From IMG/VR virus record IMGVR_UViG_3300032093_012241, positions 1 through 56,465 of that record: a DNA stretch of 56,465 bases; one strand, written 5' to 3'. This document shows positions 18,261 through 28,065 of this stretch, in pieces. The translations under genes were made by a program, and so were the position numbers. The stretch's first letter is position 1; each line of letters opens with the position of its first letter. The stretch is from a virus. Its lineage: Duplodnaviria > Caudoviricetes. A model generated the notes under the pieces. The model had not been told where the DNA came from. It searched no databases and saw only the letters and a program-made list of their open reading frames with translations.

Positions 18261-18890
18261 ATGAGAAAAATAGTTAAATTAACAAGAGAAGAATTAGTTG
18301 AACAGATTAGAAAATCTATCACTAAAAATTTAAACGAACATGATTATTCTTCTGACATTGAGAGATCCACTCAACCGAGAGAATTTCAAGTAAAAGACAT
18401 TTTCGGTAAAAAATATTCAAGGTATATACCAAATGATGTTATTCGTTATATGAGAAAAAACCCTTATTTGATATTTCAAAGGTTGTATGACATATACGGT
18501 GAAGAATCTTTCTCTTATTTAGAAAAGGCTAAAAGTCAAAAAGGTGGATCTTCCTCTTCAATTGATGAACCAATGATGGAGCAAGTTGATGATGAATTAG
18601 AAACAAATCCAATGATGGATAAATTAAAAGAGGTTGTTGAAAATGACGGTGAATTTGATGATTCAGACATTGAAGAAATTTTTAGTTTTACGGGACCCAA
18701 AAGATCGTTTAGAGGTTCAATATATATAGATGGTATTGTTCCTGAATCAGAGGATAAGGAATTTGATAGAAAAGTTGCGATGAAGGTAATGGAATTTTTT
18801 GCTAAAAGAACTCAAGCCGATCAATACGTTGGTGGTGTTGGTTTTAAACAAAGAAGTTTAACAAAACCTTTTGATACTGAAGATTTTTAA
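18261..18890 (+). CDS. Acidic putative head-packaged protein
   Basis: Likely start at 18261: MRKIVKLTREELVEQIRKSITKNLNE leader. Confidence 0.75.
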   Translation: MRKIVKLTREELVEQIRKSITKNLNEHDYSSDIERSTQPREFQVKDIFGKKYSRYIPNDVIRYMRKNPYLIFQRLYDIYGEESFSYLEKAKSQKGGSSSSIDEPMMEQVDDELETNPMMDKLKEVVENDGEFDDSDIEEIFSFTGPKRSFRGSIYIDGIVPESEDKEFDRKVAMKVMEFFAKRTQADQYVGGVGFKQRSLTKPFDTEDF

Positions 18891-18895
18891 AAAAT

Positions 18896-18922
18896 AAACC
18901 CCACCTTAGGATGGGGTTTTTT
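18896..18922. terminator. Bidirectional intrinsic terminator
   Basis: AAACCCCA-CCTTAGGA-TGGGGTTT with T and A tracts, between convergent genes. Confidence 0.85.
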
Positions 18923-18925
18923 GTT

Positions 18926-19348
18926 TTATTTAAATTCGTAATCGTAAGTTAATCCATCAGCACAAACTATATTTTTATTTAATATATCCCATATATCTGG
19001 TGTGGGATTAGGACCTGCTAATCTTTTTTTACACTCTTCTATATTGTCCTCCATTAAATCAACACCATAAGTTGTTGATAATGCCTCCTCTAAAGAACAA
19101 TCACTTTTTTCCATTTTTCTGATAACAATTTCACCTAAAAATTCACCATCACCACAACTATTATCTATAAATGTTTTAGTTGGGTCTGAGAAAAGTTGGG
19201 GATTTTCTTCTTCTAATTTATCCAACATTTCAGTTACTAAAAAGGGTGGGGTGAAAACTTCAGCCGTTTGTTTTATTCTGAGTTTGTCTCTATCAACACC
19301 TGACATGTAAATTCTGTTTCTTATGTGGTCTTTATAATTGTTCAACAT
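18926..19348 (-). CDS. Stand-alone SAM-binding half of an amino-methyltransferase
   Basis: AEVFTP, FIDNSCGDGEF, YGVDL, NIVCADGL; no NPPY. Confidence 0.8.
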   Translation of the reverse strand: MLNNYKDHIRNRIYMSGVDRDKLRIKQTAEVFTPPFLVTEMLDKLEEENPQLFSDPTKTFIDNSCGDGEFLGEIVIRKMEKSDCSLEEALSTTYGVDLMEDNIEECKKRLAGPNPTPDIWDILNKNIVCADGLTYDYEFK

Positions 19349-20552
19349 TCTGATTAAAGTTCGGCTCGATTATGTTCCCTTCTTCATCGAGGAACTCTTT
19401 CCAAAAATTTTTACGAAATGTTGCCAATATTTTTCTGTTAAATCTATCCCCATTACTCATATAACAATATGTAATTAAATTCAAAAAAACATCACTTTCC
19501 ATAACTCGTTTTATTTCAGTTAAATTTTTTACATCATCAACTATGGCATAAGCGTATTGTGTTAATCCATATTTACCATTTTCATCAACAATTGGTGGTG
19601 ATGCCATACCATTAGACCAAATAACTTTTGGTATTCCAAAATGTCCTTTGTCTTTAGTATTACTATAAATAAGATTTATTATTTCACCTTTAATAATACT
19701 ATAAACACAAGGATAGATATGATTTTCTGTTTTTATTTTAGACATATATTTTCTTTGATGATGGTAAGAACTATTTGATAAGATTTGAACTCTTTCTTGA
19801 TTATCATTAGCAATTAAAGATGATATTGTACTAAAATTACCATTTGGGATGAATTGTAAATTTTTTATGTTAATTTTATCAATTTTACCATCAAATCCTT
19901 TTATGGTTGTTTTTAACAAATTATCCGATTCAATATTTTTGATAACATACCAATCAAAGGATGTTGTAGCATTAAAAATTTTCATTCCATCTTTTTCGTC
20001 ATGTATTTCAATATATTTAACTTGTTTGGATTTAATGAGTTCTTGTGTATTTTTAAATTCACCACTAACATTTCTCCAACCACTTGGGTGAATTAAACTT
20101 ACATAACCGCCATCTTTACAAATTTCAAATGATTTTTGGACAAATTTAGGCCACAAATTTTCAGCATTTGCCGCACCTGTTTCTTTTTGATACGGAGGAT
20201 TTCCCAATACTACATCAAATTTCATTTTAAATAATTCTTTCAAACTGTCTTTGTGAAAGACATTTTTATACCCCCTTCGTTTCAAATAATTAACATATTT
20301 TACACGAATATCATAACCGAAGACACGGGATTTTGCATCTTCCTCACTATAACCATAAATATCTACTAAACGTCTAACAATTTCAATTAAAAAAACTCCT
20401 TTACCCATACATGGGTCAATGAATATACTATTAGGATTAGTCCACACTTCATTTGGAATCTTATCAAGAATCATTCTAACCAATCCAATAGGTGTGAAAA
20501 CTTCCCCCTTAGACGGATTTGCTTTCCAATTCAAATATAGAGTATTTTTCAT
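19332..20552 (-). CDS. Eco57I/TaqI-like N6-adenine DNA methyltransferase
   Basis: GEVFTP, FIDPCMGKG, FDVVLGNPPYQ, C-terminal TRD-like region. Confidence 0.9.
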   Translation of the reverse strand: MKNTLYLNWKANPSKGEVFTPIGLVRMILDKIPNEVWTNPNSIFIDPCMGKGVFLIEIVRRLVDIYGYSEEDAKSRVFGYDIRVKYVNYLKRRGYKNVFHKDSLKELFKMKFDVVLGNPPYQKETGAANAENLWPKFVQKSFEICKDGGYVSLIHPSGWRNVSGEFKNTQELIKSKQVKYIEIHDEKDGMKIFNATTSFDWYVIKNIESDNLLKTTIKGFDGKIDKINIKNLQFIPNGNFSTISSLIANDNQERVQILSNSSYHHQRKYMSKIKTENHIYPCVYSIIKGEIINLIYSNTKDKGHFGIPKVIWSNGMASPPIVDENGKYGLTQYAYAIVDDVKNLTEIKRVMESDVFLNLITYCYMSNGDRFNRKILATFRKNFWKEFLDEEGNIIEPNFNQNVEQL

Positions 20553-20553
20553 A

Positions 20554-21861
20554 TCACGAATATAAACTATTTTCTTGTTTATTGTAGGAAGTAATAATTG
20601 TGTTTAATAATTTATGAGAAACCCCACCCATCAAAATAATTTTTTTGACAGTTTTACAATCAACGCCGACCTCAAAAACAACCTCTTCTGAATATCCTTT
20701 TGATTCTATCATATCCAAAGTTTTGATTATATCATTTGATTCACAATTATTGATTTCAGAAATCTCAACAATATTTTCAACAATATTTTTTAAAAATTCT
20801 TTCAGTTTAAATCTAATATCTTCAACTTTTTTTTCTGATTTTTTATCTTCTTTGATTTTTTCAAAACTATCACTACGTATTATCGTATTAGAATCAATAC
20901 CAAATAATTTTTCTTTTTCTGTTTTAGATATTTCAATACCAAGTAACTCCTTAACCAAACCAGTATCGTTTATTATATTATCTACTTTAGATGATTCGGC
21001 GCCAATCTTAATCAAAGATGAAGAGTTAATTAATTTTTCAGCATATTCGTCTTTTTCTAATTCTATTTCTCCATGTGGCCCGTTTGTAAATAACTGTACT
21101 GAACGTAGTACACGATAAATACCGTCGTTTAAGTCATCAACTTCTACTTTTTCTGATTCATAAATAATATATTCATCAATAGGGTTATTATCTTCACGAT
21201 TTGGGTCTAATGATAAAGAAATAATATTACCAAAAATTTTTGGTTGTCCATCTAAAGTATTACCTGGTGTAAAACCTCGAGATATTTTTTGAATAGTTGT
21301 AAAATAGGAACCTCGGTCATACATGAGCATCACTGTATCAATTTCAGGTGCAGAAAGACTACGTGAACCCATTTCTTTACTAACAATAACAACTCTTTTA
21401 TTTTCTCTTTTTGCTCTTTTGATAAGACTTTTAACCTCGATTTCTACCTCACGGTTTGAGGTTTCATCACTATTAACTAATTTTACTAAATAACCGTTTC
21501 CTAATACTTGTTGGATTAACTCTACTAATTTTTTTTGTTGGATCTTGTCTTTTGTGTTTGCAAAAATTTGAGTTACAAGTCTTGGAGCAATTGTCATATC
21601 CAAATCTAAAAGACCGACCATTTCACCACTATAGAGTCCGAATAATGATTGAATTAATGTGGTTAGTACTCCTCTTGATTTATCAACATCCATTAATAAT
21701 TTGGTCCAATCGGTGCGGTATTCTTTTGGCACTGTGTTGAATCTTGAAACCGCTTTGTCAAGAGAAAGTCTCATAAAACGAGGAATTACAATATCCTCTA
21801 CAGATTTTTTACTTTGTTCTAAAGTGTATTTTTGTTTTAATCTATTTAAAATAGTTACCAT
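20554..21861 (-). CDS. SF2 helicase C-terminal half
   Basis: MGSRSLSAPEIDTVMLMYD (motif V-like) and IQKISRGFTP (motif VI-like). Confidence 0.6.
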   Translation of the reverse strand: MVTILNRLKQKYTLEQSKKSVEDIVIPRFMRLSLDKAVSRFNTVPKEYRTDWTKLLMDVDKSRGVLTTLIQSLFGLYSGEMVGLLDLDMTIAPRLVTQIFANTKDKIQQKKLVELIQQVLGNGYLVKLVNSDETSNREVEIEVKSLIKRAKRENKRVVIVSKEMGSRSLSAPEIDTVMLMYDRGSYFTTIQKISRGFTPGNTLDGQPKIFGNIISLSLDPNREDNNPIDEYIIYESEKVEVDDLNDGIYRVLRSVQLFTNGPHGEIELEKDEYAEKLINSSSLIKIGAESSKVDNIINDTGLVKELLGIEISKTEKEKLFGIDSNTIIRSDSFEKIKEDKKSEKKVEDIRFKLKEFLKNIVENIVEISEINNCESNDIIKTLDMIESKGYSEEVVFEVGVDCKTVKKIILMGGVSHKLLNTIITSYNKQENSLYS

Positions 21862-21881
21862 AAAAAAAAATTTGTTCTGAT

Positions 21882-22823
21882 TTAAATTAAATGATTTTGT
21901 ATTGGATGTTCACCATTTTTTACCATAAGCATATCGGTATATGACCAACGAATAATATTATCATCAATATGGTTTAAAGGTGATACTACTTTATCAATTG
22001 CGGTTCCTGTCATATAAACATTCAATCCGCATCCTAAAAAATTGATAAGGTCTTGGCTATTTTTTCGATGACAACCGAAATCAGACTCATCAATGAATGA
22101 TACCTTATCTTGTTTTGGTAAATCACTAATTGATTTGTATTTGGTCATAAACTCAGAGGAATGGAGTGAAATGGGTAATATAATCATTTTTTTTCCATAA
22201 TACTGTTTTATAACATCTTCTATGGGTTCATTCTCGCGAACAAAAATCATTTCTTTATAGAATGAATCATAAGTATAGAATTCTTTTTGGAAACTACTTA
22301 GAGCTGTTAAAACGTAAGCCGGTATTAAACATATTTTATATCCATAATCAATGAATAATGTTTTCATTAGGTCTAAAGACCATAAGGTTTTACCAAAACG
22401 TGGTGCCAACTCCAATGCAAACTCTTTAATTTCTTTAGTGTTTGATTCTAACTTTTCCTCGAAAACCATTTTTACGTAATCTTGATAAAATCTAGGATTG
22501 TAGGTTTTTGGTTCAGGGTTATCTCCCTCTGATATAATTTCTAGAAGTGCCGCAACTGCTTCTTCATCAGATTTGAAACCACCGAACCACTCTCTACCCC
22601 CTCCAGTAATTTCATGGACCCTATAATATCCTCTTTCCTCAAGTCCATTATGTACGTAATGGTCTGGAAATTTCGATTCTTTTTCAAAAATAAGTTGTAA
22701 CTTCTCTGAATTGCCAGTTTGTTGACCCCTAACCCTTTTTTCTGATTCCTTTAAAGTTTCACCGAACTTGTATAAACCTTTTTCTCGGTCAGATTCTGTG
22801 GTAAAGACATAATTTTTATTCAT
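21882..22823 (-). CDS. T5orf172/GIY-YIG-like nuclease fused to SF2 helicase N-terminal half
   Basis: YVFT..YKFGET..KRV..QQTGN..REWF; LAPRFGKT (Walker A); FIDESDFG (motif II); MTGT (motif III). Confidence 0.75.
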   Translation of the reverse strand: MNKNYVFTTESDREKGLYKFGETLKESEKRVRGQQTGNSEKLQLIFEKESKFPDHYVHNGLEERGYYRVHEITGGGREWFGGFKSDEEAVAALLEIISEGDNPEPKTYNPRFYQDYVKMVFEEKLESNTKEIKEFALELAPRFGKTLWSLDLMKTLFIDYGYKICLIPAYVLTALSSFQKEFYTYDSFYKEMIFVRENEPIEDVIKQYYGKKMIILPISLHSSEFMTKYKSISDLPKQDKVSFIDESDFGCHRKNSQDLINFLGCGLNVYMTGTAIDKVVSPLNHIDDNIIRWSYTDMLMVKNGEHPIQNHLI

Positions 22824-22866
22824 AGATTTATTTAAGTTGTAAAACTTGTTGGGTTTTGTTTTAAAA

Positions 22867-22874
22867 CAAATATA
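22867..22874 (-). promoter_or_regulatory. Bacteroidota-type -7 promoter element
   Basis: Minus strand TATATTTG upstream of the helicase/MTase module. Confidence 0.55.
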
Positions 22875-22881
22875 TAAAATA

Positions 22882-25215
22882 TTACTGAATAACTCTACTT
22901 ATATTATCTTCTTTTTTTACTTTTATCACATTATCAGCCCAATTAGAAATTAAAGGGTTGTGTGAGATAAGGAAAATCTTCTCAAAATAATCTTTTATTT
23001 TAACGAAAAAGTCAAATACCATATCCAAATTTTCGTTTGATATTTTTCCGAAAACTTCATCCATAACAATTACGTTTGGTTTTGGTAATGAACAAACCTT
23101 ACTAAGAACTGATCTTAAAGCTAAAGAAGCGATAGTTTTTTCATAACCTGACCCCGATGTCATAAGTTTCTCAACTTGTGTATTGTTATCGATCATCACA
23201 AACTCAACCTCGTTTTTGTCATTTATTCTGATTTCCAACTTAAAGTATGAGCTATCTTGAAGTAACCTCTGTAATTCTGAATTTATTACTGGCATCATAG
23301 TTTTCATTATGTTCTTTGTGATACCATTTTTACCAAAAATTTCTAAGTATAACTTGTATATTTTTTCTTTTTCAGCCTCTTCTGAAATCTTTTGAATAAG
23401 ACCGTAATTTTCTTTTATTTTCTTATTCAATGTTTCGTTTTGAAATTTGAATTGATTAATATCCCTATCATACTTGGTCATCTCTTGATTTAGTTCATCC
23501 ATCCTAAGGTTCGCCTTAATCAACTTTGTTTCAATTGATTTATTTTCCTCAATTTTGGTTTGGATATTATAATATTTGTTAAGTTTATCCTGAGTGGTTG
23601 ATATCTTCAAAAGATTACTTTCATAAGTTACGTCAAGTTTTTCTTTAATTAGTTTGTTTTTCTCATACTCGTCAAACTCTTTTTTTAACTGTGTAAATGA
23701 CTTTTCTTTGTCTGATAACTCATTCATTAAACCTATTATTTGGTCTTTTTGCACGTTTAATGATGCAAGTTCTGACAATTTTGTTTTGGTAATCTCTGCG
23801 TTTAATAACTCAATTCCGCAATGTTCGCACTTGATACCACCTGATACAGATTTTGCAAGTTCATTCAGGTTATTAATTTTTGATTCAACTTCAAATTTAT
23901 TTTTTAACTGAACGTTATAACTTTCTTTAATCTGATCGTGATCATTTTCGTGGTAATACGATGATGGCTCAACAACATTAATTTTTGAAATATCATCCTT
24001 AATTTTTTGATTGTTAAACTCATAAGTTTGAATTTCTGATTTTAATGTTTCAGGATTTAGAATTGCAATTGAATTATCAATGTCGGTATGTTTATGTGAT
24101 ATCAAATCATCTCTATACTTCTGACCTGTTAATATTCTTTCTTTAACATCTTTAAGTAACTTTTCAGTGTTTTCAATTTGATTTTCATTTTCAACAATTT
24201 TGTTTTCAAATTCCTCAATGTCTTGTTTTAACTTTTCTGAATTATAGACATTGGACATCATTGACCTTGAATATTCTGAATATAGTTCTTTTGCTGCTTC
24301 TTCCTTTTTCTTTAAAAAATCTAATCCAAGAAATCTTGATAAAACTTGACCTCTAGCGGTTGGTTTTGATTCCAATAGATCTTCCAAATTGGATGATGTG
24401 GTTAGAATTGTCATAAGAAAATCTTCCATTTCACCAATAGATTTTTTGATGAAATTTTCTGTTTCTCTCCTTTGTTCTCCTGTGAAATTTTGCAAGGAAC
24501 CATCTGACAGTTTTTTGAAGAAATCCAAATTTGTTTTAACATTCCATTCTCCTGATTTTGATAATTTTCTTTCAATGGTTCTTACAAGAATATATTCTTC
24601 ACCATCAATCATAATATCTCCTCTGACAAATACCTTATTTTTTTCTGAAAAACGATTGAATATTTCTTCAGCTTTTTGTGTTTTTGTAGTTGTATTGAAG
24701 AAAAGAAATAAAAGCAAATCTACGGTTAGAACCGTTTTTCCACCAAAATTCGGAGGATCGGACTCAATTACTGTAATTCCATCACATTTATCAAAATCGA
24801 GCACTTGATCATCGCCATAAGATAAGAAGTTAGAAAACTCTATTTTTTTAATAAACCATTTTTTGAACGGAGTTACCTCTGAATCATTAAGAGCTAGTTT
24901 ATTTTCAACTTGAGAATCAATATTTAAAATATTATCAAATTGATCTTCTTGAGATTTATTTATTAAAATACTCCTTATTAACTCCTTCTGATAATTTTGA
25001 TCTAAAATATTAAATGAGATATCTACTGACTGAATATCATCAGAACTTGTTTGCTTAACTTTAGTTATGACATTAACATTACTGGATACGTATTTTTTTT
25101 GAAAGTAGTGTTTAACGCTTTTGATTTTTTCTTGTGTGAAATTTTCGGCAGTATCTTCCCAAACTACTTGCACGTATGGATTATCCATAGTTTCTATGTC
25201 CAACTTATGTGTCAT
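22882..25215 (-). CDS. sbcC: SbcC/Rad50/gp46-like ATPase with N-terminal extension
   Basis: IEFSNFLSYG, NFGGKT, CEHC hook, coiled coils, SGSGYEK, VIVMDEVFG, LISH; likely start MTHKL at 25215. Confidence 0.9.
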   Translation of the reverse strand: MTHKLDIETMDNPYVQVVWEDTAENFTQEKIKSVKHYFQKKYVSSNVNVITKVKQTSSDDIQSVDISFNILDQNYQKELIRSILINKSQEDQFDNILNIDSQVENKLALNDSEVTPFKKWFIKKIEFSNFLSYGDDQVLDFDKCDGITVIESDPPNFGGKTVLTVDLLLFLFFNTTTKTQKAEEIFNRFSEKNKVFVRGDIMIDGEEYILVRTIERKLSKSGEWNVKTNLDFFKKLSDGSLQNFTGEQRRETENFIKKSIGEMEDFLMTILTTSSNLEDLLESKPTARGQVLSRFLGLDFLKKKEEAAKELYSEYSRSMMSNVYNSEKLKQDIEEFENKIVENENQIENTEKLLKDVKERILTGQKYRDDLISHKHTDIDNSIAILNPETLKSEIQTYEFNNQKIKDDISKINVVEPSSYYHENDHDQIKESYNVQLKNKFEVESKINNLNELAKSVSGGIKCEHCGIELLNAEITKTKLSELASLNVQKDQIIGLMNELSDKEKSFTQLKKEFDEYEKNKLIKEKLDVTYESNLLKISTTQDKLNKYYNIQTKIEENKSIETKLIKANLRMDELNQEMTKYDRDINQFKFQNETLNKKIKENYGLIQKISEEAEKEKIYKLYLEIFGKNGITKNIMKTMMPVINSELQRLLQDSSYFKLEIRINDKNEVEFVMIDNNTQVEKLMTSGSGYEKTIASLALRSVLSKVCSLPKPNVIVMDEVFGKISNENLDMVFDFFVKIKDYFEKIFLISHNPLISNWADNVIKVKKEDNISRVIQ

Positions 25216-25225
25216 TGTTTTATAA

Positions 25226-25432
25226 TTAAAGTTCGGAGGTGGATTGAATAAGTCCAGCGTCCTGTGCTGATTGATTTTCTGTTTCACCTGAAGATTGTGA
25301 TCTAATTTCCTCAATTTGTTTCATCATAAGCTCACTCATTTTCTTTTGAAAACTTTTTTGTTGAGCATTGATTTTTTGAGTTCTTGCAACTGATTTTTGT
25401 TTTTGGTTTTTTCTGTTTTTAGATTTTGGCAT
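25226..25432 (-). CDS. Small basic protein
   Basis: MPKSKNRKNQKQK..., 68 aa; fits the gap if SbcC starts at 25215. Confidence 0.65.
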   Translation of the reverse strand: MPKSKNRKNQKQKSVARTQKINAQQKSFQKKMSELMMKQIEEIRSQSSGETENQSAQDAGLIQSTSEL

Positions 25433-25435
25433 AAG

Positions 25436-25795
25436 TTATAGTATTTGATTGTTATTATTTGGTCTATTTTGTTCAAACCATTCGATTATTGCATTGATTG
25501 CCCATACGGATCCTGACGCTAACAATCCATCAAAAACCCACGACACATAATGATTTACACCTAAGATTTGATTTACAGGTGAATAAATAAACAACCCGAG
25601 AAAAAATCCCAACCAAACCCCAAAACACATTATACATTGTATCATCTCAGAAATAAATCTGAAAATTGGTGATCCAGGTAATTTACTTTGCCCATAATCA
25701 TAAATTGATTGTCTCATATTAGCAAATATCTTGCCATACACTACGACATTAGCAGTTCCGTATGCTAATATCATCCATAAAATTAATGCTGTCAT
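25436..25795 (-). CDS. Membrane protein with CxxC motif (DUF1360-like)
   Basis: Three TM segments, IQCIMCFGVW. Confidence 0.65.
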   Translation of the reverse strand: MTALILWMILAYGTANVVVYGKIFANMRQSIYDYGQSKLPGSPIFRFISEMIQCIMCFGVWLGFFLGLFIYSPVNQILGVNHYVSWVFDGLLASGSVWAINAIIEWFEQNRPNNNNQIL

Positions 25796-26193
25796 ATTCT
25801 TGTATTTAAATTTGAATTTGAATGGTATATCGCTCCTCTTGATACTACGACTTCTTTGAAGTGATCGACCATATCTTGTAGTTTATTTATTTTTTCGTCT
25901 CTTAATTGTAGTTCTTTTTTTAGTGTCTGTAAAGTACCTTCGAGTAATTTGATTTTTGTTTCGTCGCATGGCTTATCAACTATTTTCTCAACAACTTTTT
26001 CAACCTCAATTTCAATTATCTCAGGTTCTTTCCCATTTATAAGTCCATATTTATCAATCGCGTATCCTTTTTTAAAACAGTAATGTACATACTTTTGTGG
26101 ATCATCAATTTTATTAAGATCACAAAATGTTACCACATCTTTTGTTTCTTTATCGTTTAGATTAACTATTAACAAGCTGTTCTGTTCCATCAA
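25792..26193 (-). CDS. Hypothetical coiled-coil protein
   Basis: 133 aa, coupled to neighbours. Confidence 0.65.
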   Translation of the reverse strand: MMEQNSLLIVNLNDKETKDVVTFCDLNKIDDPQKYVHYCFKKGYAIDKYGLINGKEPEIIEIEVEKVVEKIVDKPCDETKIKLLEGTLQTLKKELQLRDEKINKLQDMVDHFKEVVVSRGAIYHSNSNLNTRI

Positions 26194-26944
26194 CTAAATT
26201 ATCTATTGAGTTTATCTTAAAAGACAGAAATGGTTTTGGATTGAACAAATCTCTGTTTTCATATTCCATTGTTGTTAGATTCAAAATACCATACCCATGT
26301 CTATTTAAACTTTCACCATATCCTTGTTGTACGGCCGATCCAATCATATATCCTTTCTTACCATTTGGTATGTCAAATGAAGCTCTTTTATGAATGTCCC
26401 CACATAATACAACATCTAAACCACCAAACTTTTCAACATTATAAGCATGATCACCAAAATCATAACCCAAATCTGTTTTAAGACCAGATATCGGTCCGTG
26501 AAATAATCCAATTTTTATACCCTTTGCTTCTGTAATGTCAGGTGGAATGTTTCCTTGGAACTGTGAATATACGCACCAAGATACATTTTCATCCTCATAA
26601 ACTCCTCTATCCTTATAATAAACAACATCAGAATTTCTCATAGATTCTACAATAGGTGTTATTGAATCTAATCTTTGATTGTTATTCACCAATCCATCGT
26701 GATTTCCAAATATTAATATTGTTTTTGCAATTTTTGAACATTCATTCAACAACCAAACTGATATTTCAATGAGTTCGGGTGTTAATTGATTTTTCGAATG
26801 CAGTAAGTCACCAGTGAAAACAATTCTATCGGGCTTTATTTCTCTAAACTGATTTAACATATCAGTTAGAATTTTTCTATAAAGATCGTGATCTTTGAAT
26901 AACCTAAGATGTAAATCTGAAAAATGAACTATCTTATTAATCAT
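26162..26944 (-). CDS. sbcD: SbcD/Mre11/gp47-like metallophosphoesterase nuclease
   Basis: HFSDLH, TGDL, GNHD, FHG, GDIH, GSAVQQGYGE; likely start MINKIV at 26944. Confidence 0.9.
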   Translation of the reverse strand: MINKIVHFSDLHLRLFKDHDLYRKILTDMLNQFREIKPDRIVFTGDLLHSKNQLTPELIEISVWLLNECSKIAKTILIFGNHDGLVNNNQRLDSITPIVESMRNSDVVYYKDRGVYEDENVSWCVYSQFQGNIPPDITEAKGIKIGLFHGPISGLKTDLGYDFGDHAYNVEKFGGLDVVLCGDIHKRASFDIPNGKKGYMIGSAVQQGYGESLNRHGYGILNLTTMEYENRDLFNPKPFLSFKINSIDNLVDGTEQLVNS

Positions 26945-27170
26945 TTGATTCTTCAATATAGAAAGGGTTAAAATCTTTGTTCACATGACCACACTTTTCA
27001 CACATATAAGTAGGAAAAGGAACATCTGCATCTTTTGGGCTTCCGGTTAATAGTTTTGAAACTCTTTTAATGATAACTACCTCTTTAAAGAACATGCTCT
27101 GACAATTTTCACATACAATTGTTGGTTGTTCTCTCAAATCAATTTTTGGTTTTGTAATATCTAAATCCAT
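26937..27170 (-). CDS. Zinc-ribbon protein
   Basis: CENC...CEKCGH. Confidence 0.75.
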   Translation of the reverse strand: MDLDITKPKIDLREQPTIVCENCQSMFFKEVVIIKRVSKLLTGSPKDADVPFPTYMCEKCGHVNKDFNPFYIEESND

Positions 27171-27228
27171 AAGTTATAAGTTTATTGTAATATTATTAAG
27201 TTTAGAAAGAAAATCATCTATAATTTGT

Positions 27229-27999
27229 TTATTTTTTATTTGAAGTTTCCAACATTAACATTAATTCCGCTTGAAGATCTTTACAAGGTATTATTTTATA
27301 GGTGTCATTAATCTCGTTTATCCAAACTAAATATAGATTTCCAAGTTTAAGATTTGTGTTTTTTTCAATTATGTGTTTGTATAGTCCGAGTTGTAAAGAA
27401 TATGTATTTAATTCACAATAATCAAGGTGTGATATCGGGTTTTTAAATTTCTGTTTATATTGATTTGACTTTTTTATCTCTTTGTTTGTTTTATAGTCAT
27501 ATATTTCAAGCATCTGAGATTTTTTATTATAAAAAAGACAATCAACCATTCCTGCAATTCCATAATCAGTATCTCCGACCACAAATTCCATCTTCACCGG
27601 TATTAAATTCTTCACAGCGTCTTTGTAAAATAATTTGAAATTATTAACGCATTTTTCAAATTTTTCTTTTATTATGTCGCTTCCAAATTTTCTAATTACA
27701 GGAACAGCATCATATGGAAAAACTTTGTTATACCAATAGTTTTCGGCGTAGTTATGAATTAAAGTTCCTTTTACCGTTGAGATATCTCTTTTGAGATCCC
27801 ACTCATTAATCACATCTTTAACATCAAGACCACGTTTATTCGCATAACTCTCCGCTATGTTTTCAGTGTCAAATTTTTCTTTAAATTTTCCGATAAAAGT
27901 TGTTGCACTGACCAACTCTCTATTATCTATAAAATATTTATGAGGTTCGTCAAAATATTTTATATCAGAAAACTTATTTAATTCAAAAATTATATCCAT
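27229..27999 (-). CDS. PD-(D/E)XK exonuclease (RecB/Cas4-like fold)
   Basis: GTLIHNYAE, AGMVDCL, IYDYKT, YSLQLGLY. Confidence 0.85.
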   Translation of the reverse strand: MDIIFELNKFSDIKYFDEPHKYFIDNRELVSATTFIGKFKEKFDTENIAESYANKRGLDVKDVINEWDLKRDISTVKGTLIHNYAENYWYNKVFPYDAVPVIRKFGSDIIKEKFEKCVNNFKLFYKDAVKNLIPVKMEFVVGDTDYGIAGMVDCLFYNKKSQMLEIYDYKTNKEIKKSNQYKQKFKNPISHLDYCELNTYSLQLGLYKHIIEKNTNLKLGNLYLVWINEINDTYKIIPCKDLQAELMLMLETSNKK

Positions 28000-28042
28000 A
28001 TCTTTTTTTTAAGTATAATGTTTTTTTTTCACAATACCAAAC

Positions 28043-28049
28043 TATTTAT
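28043..28049 (+). promoter_or_regulatory. TATTTAT box
   Basis: 16 nt upstream of the ATG at 28066. Confidence 0.6.
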
Positions 28050-28065
28050 TTGTTAAAAAGTAACT

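Noticed and set aside
27229-27999. Cas4 / CRISPR adaptation gene
   Set aside because: No four-Cys Fe-S pattern and no array; a generic phage exonuclease is more likely
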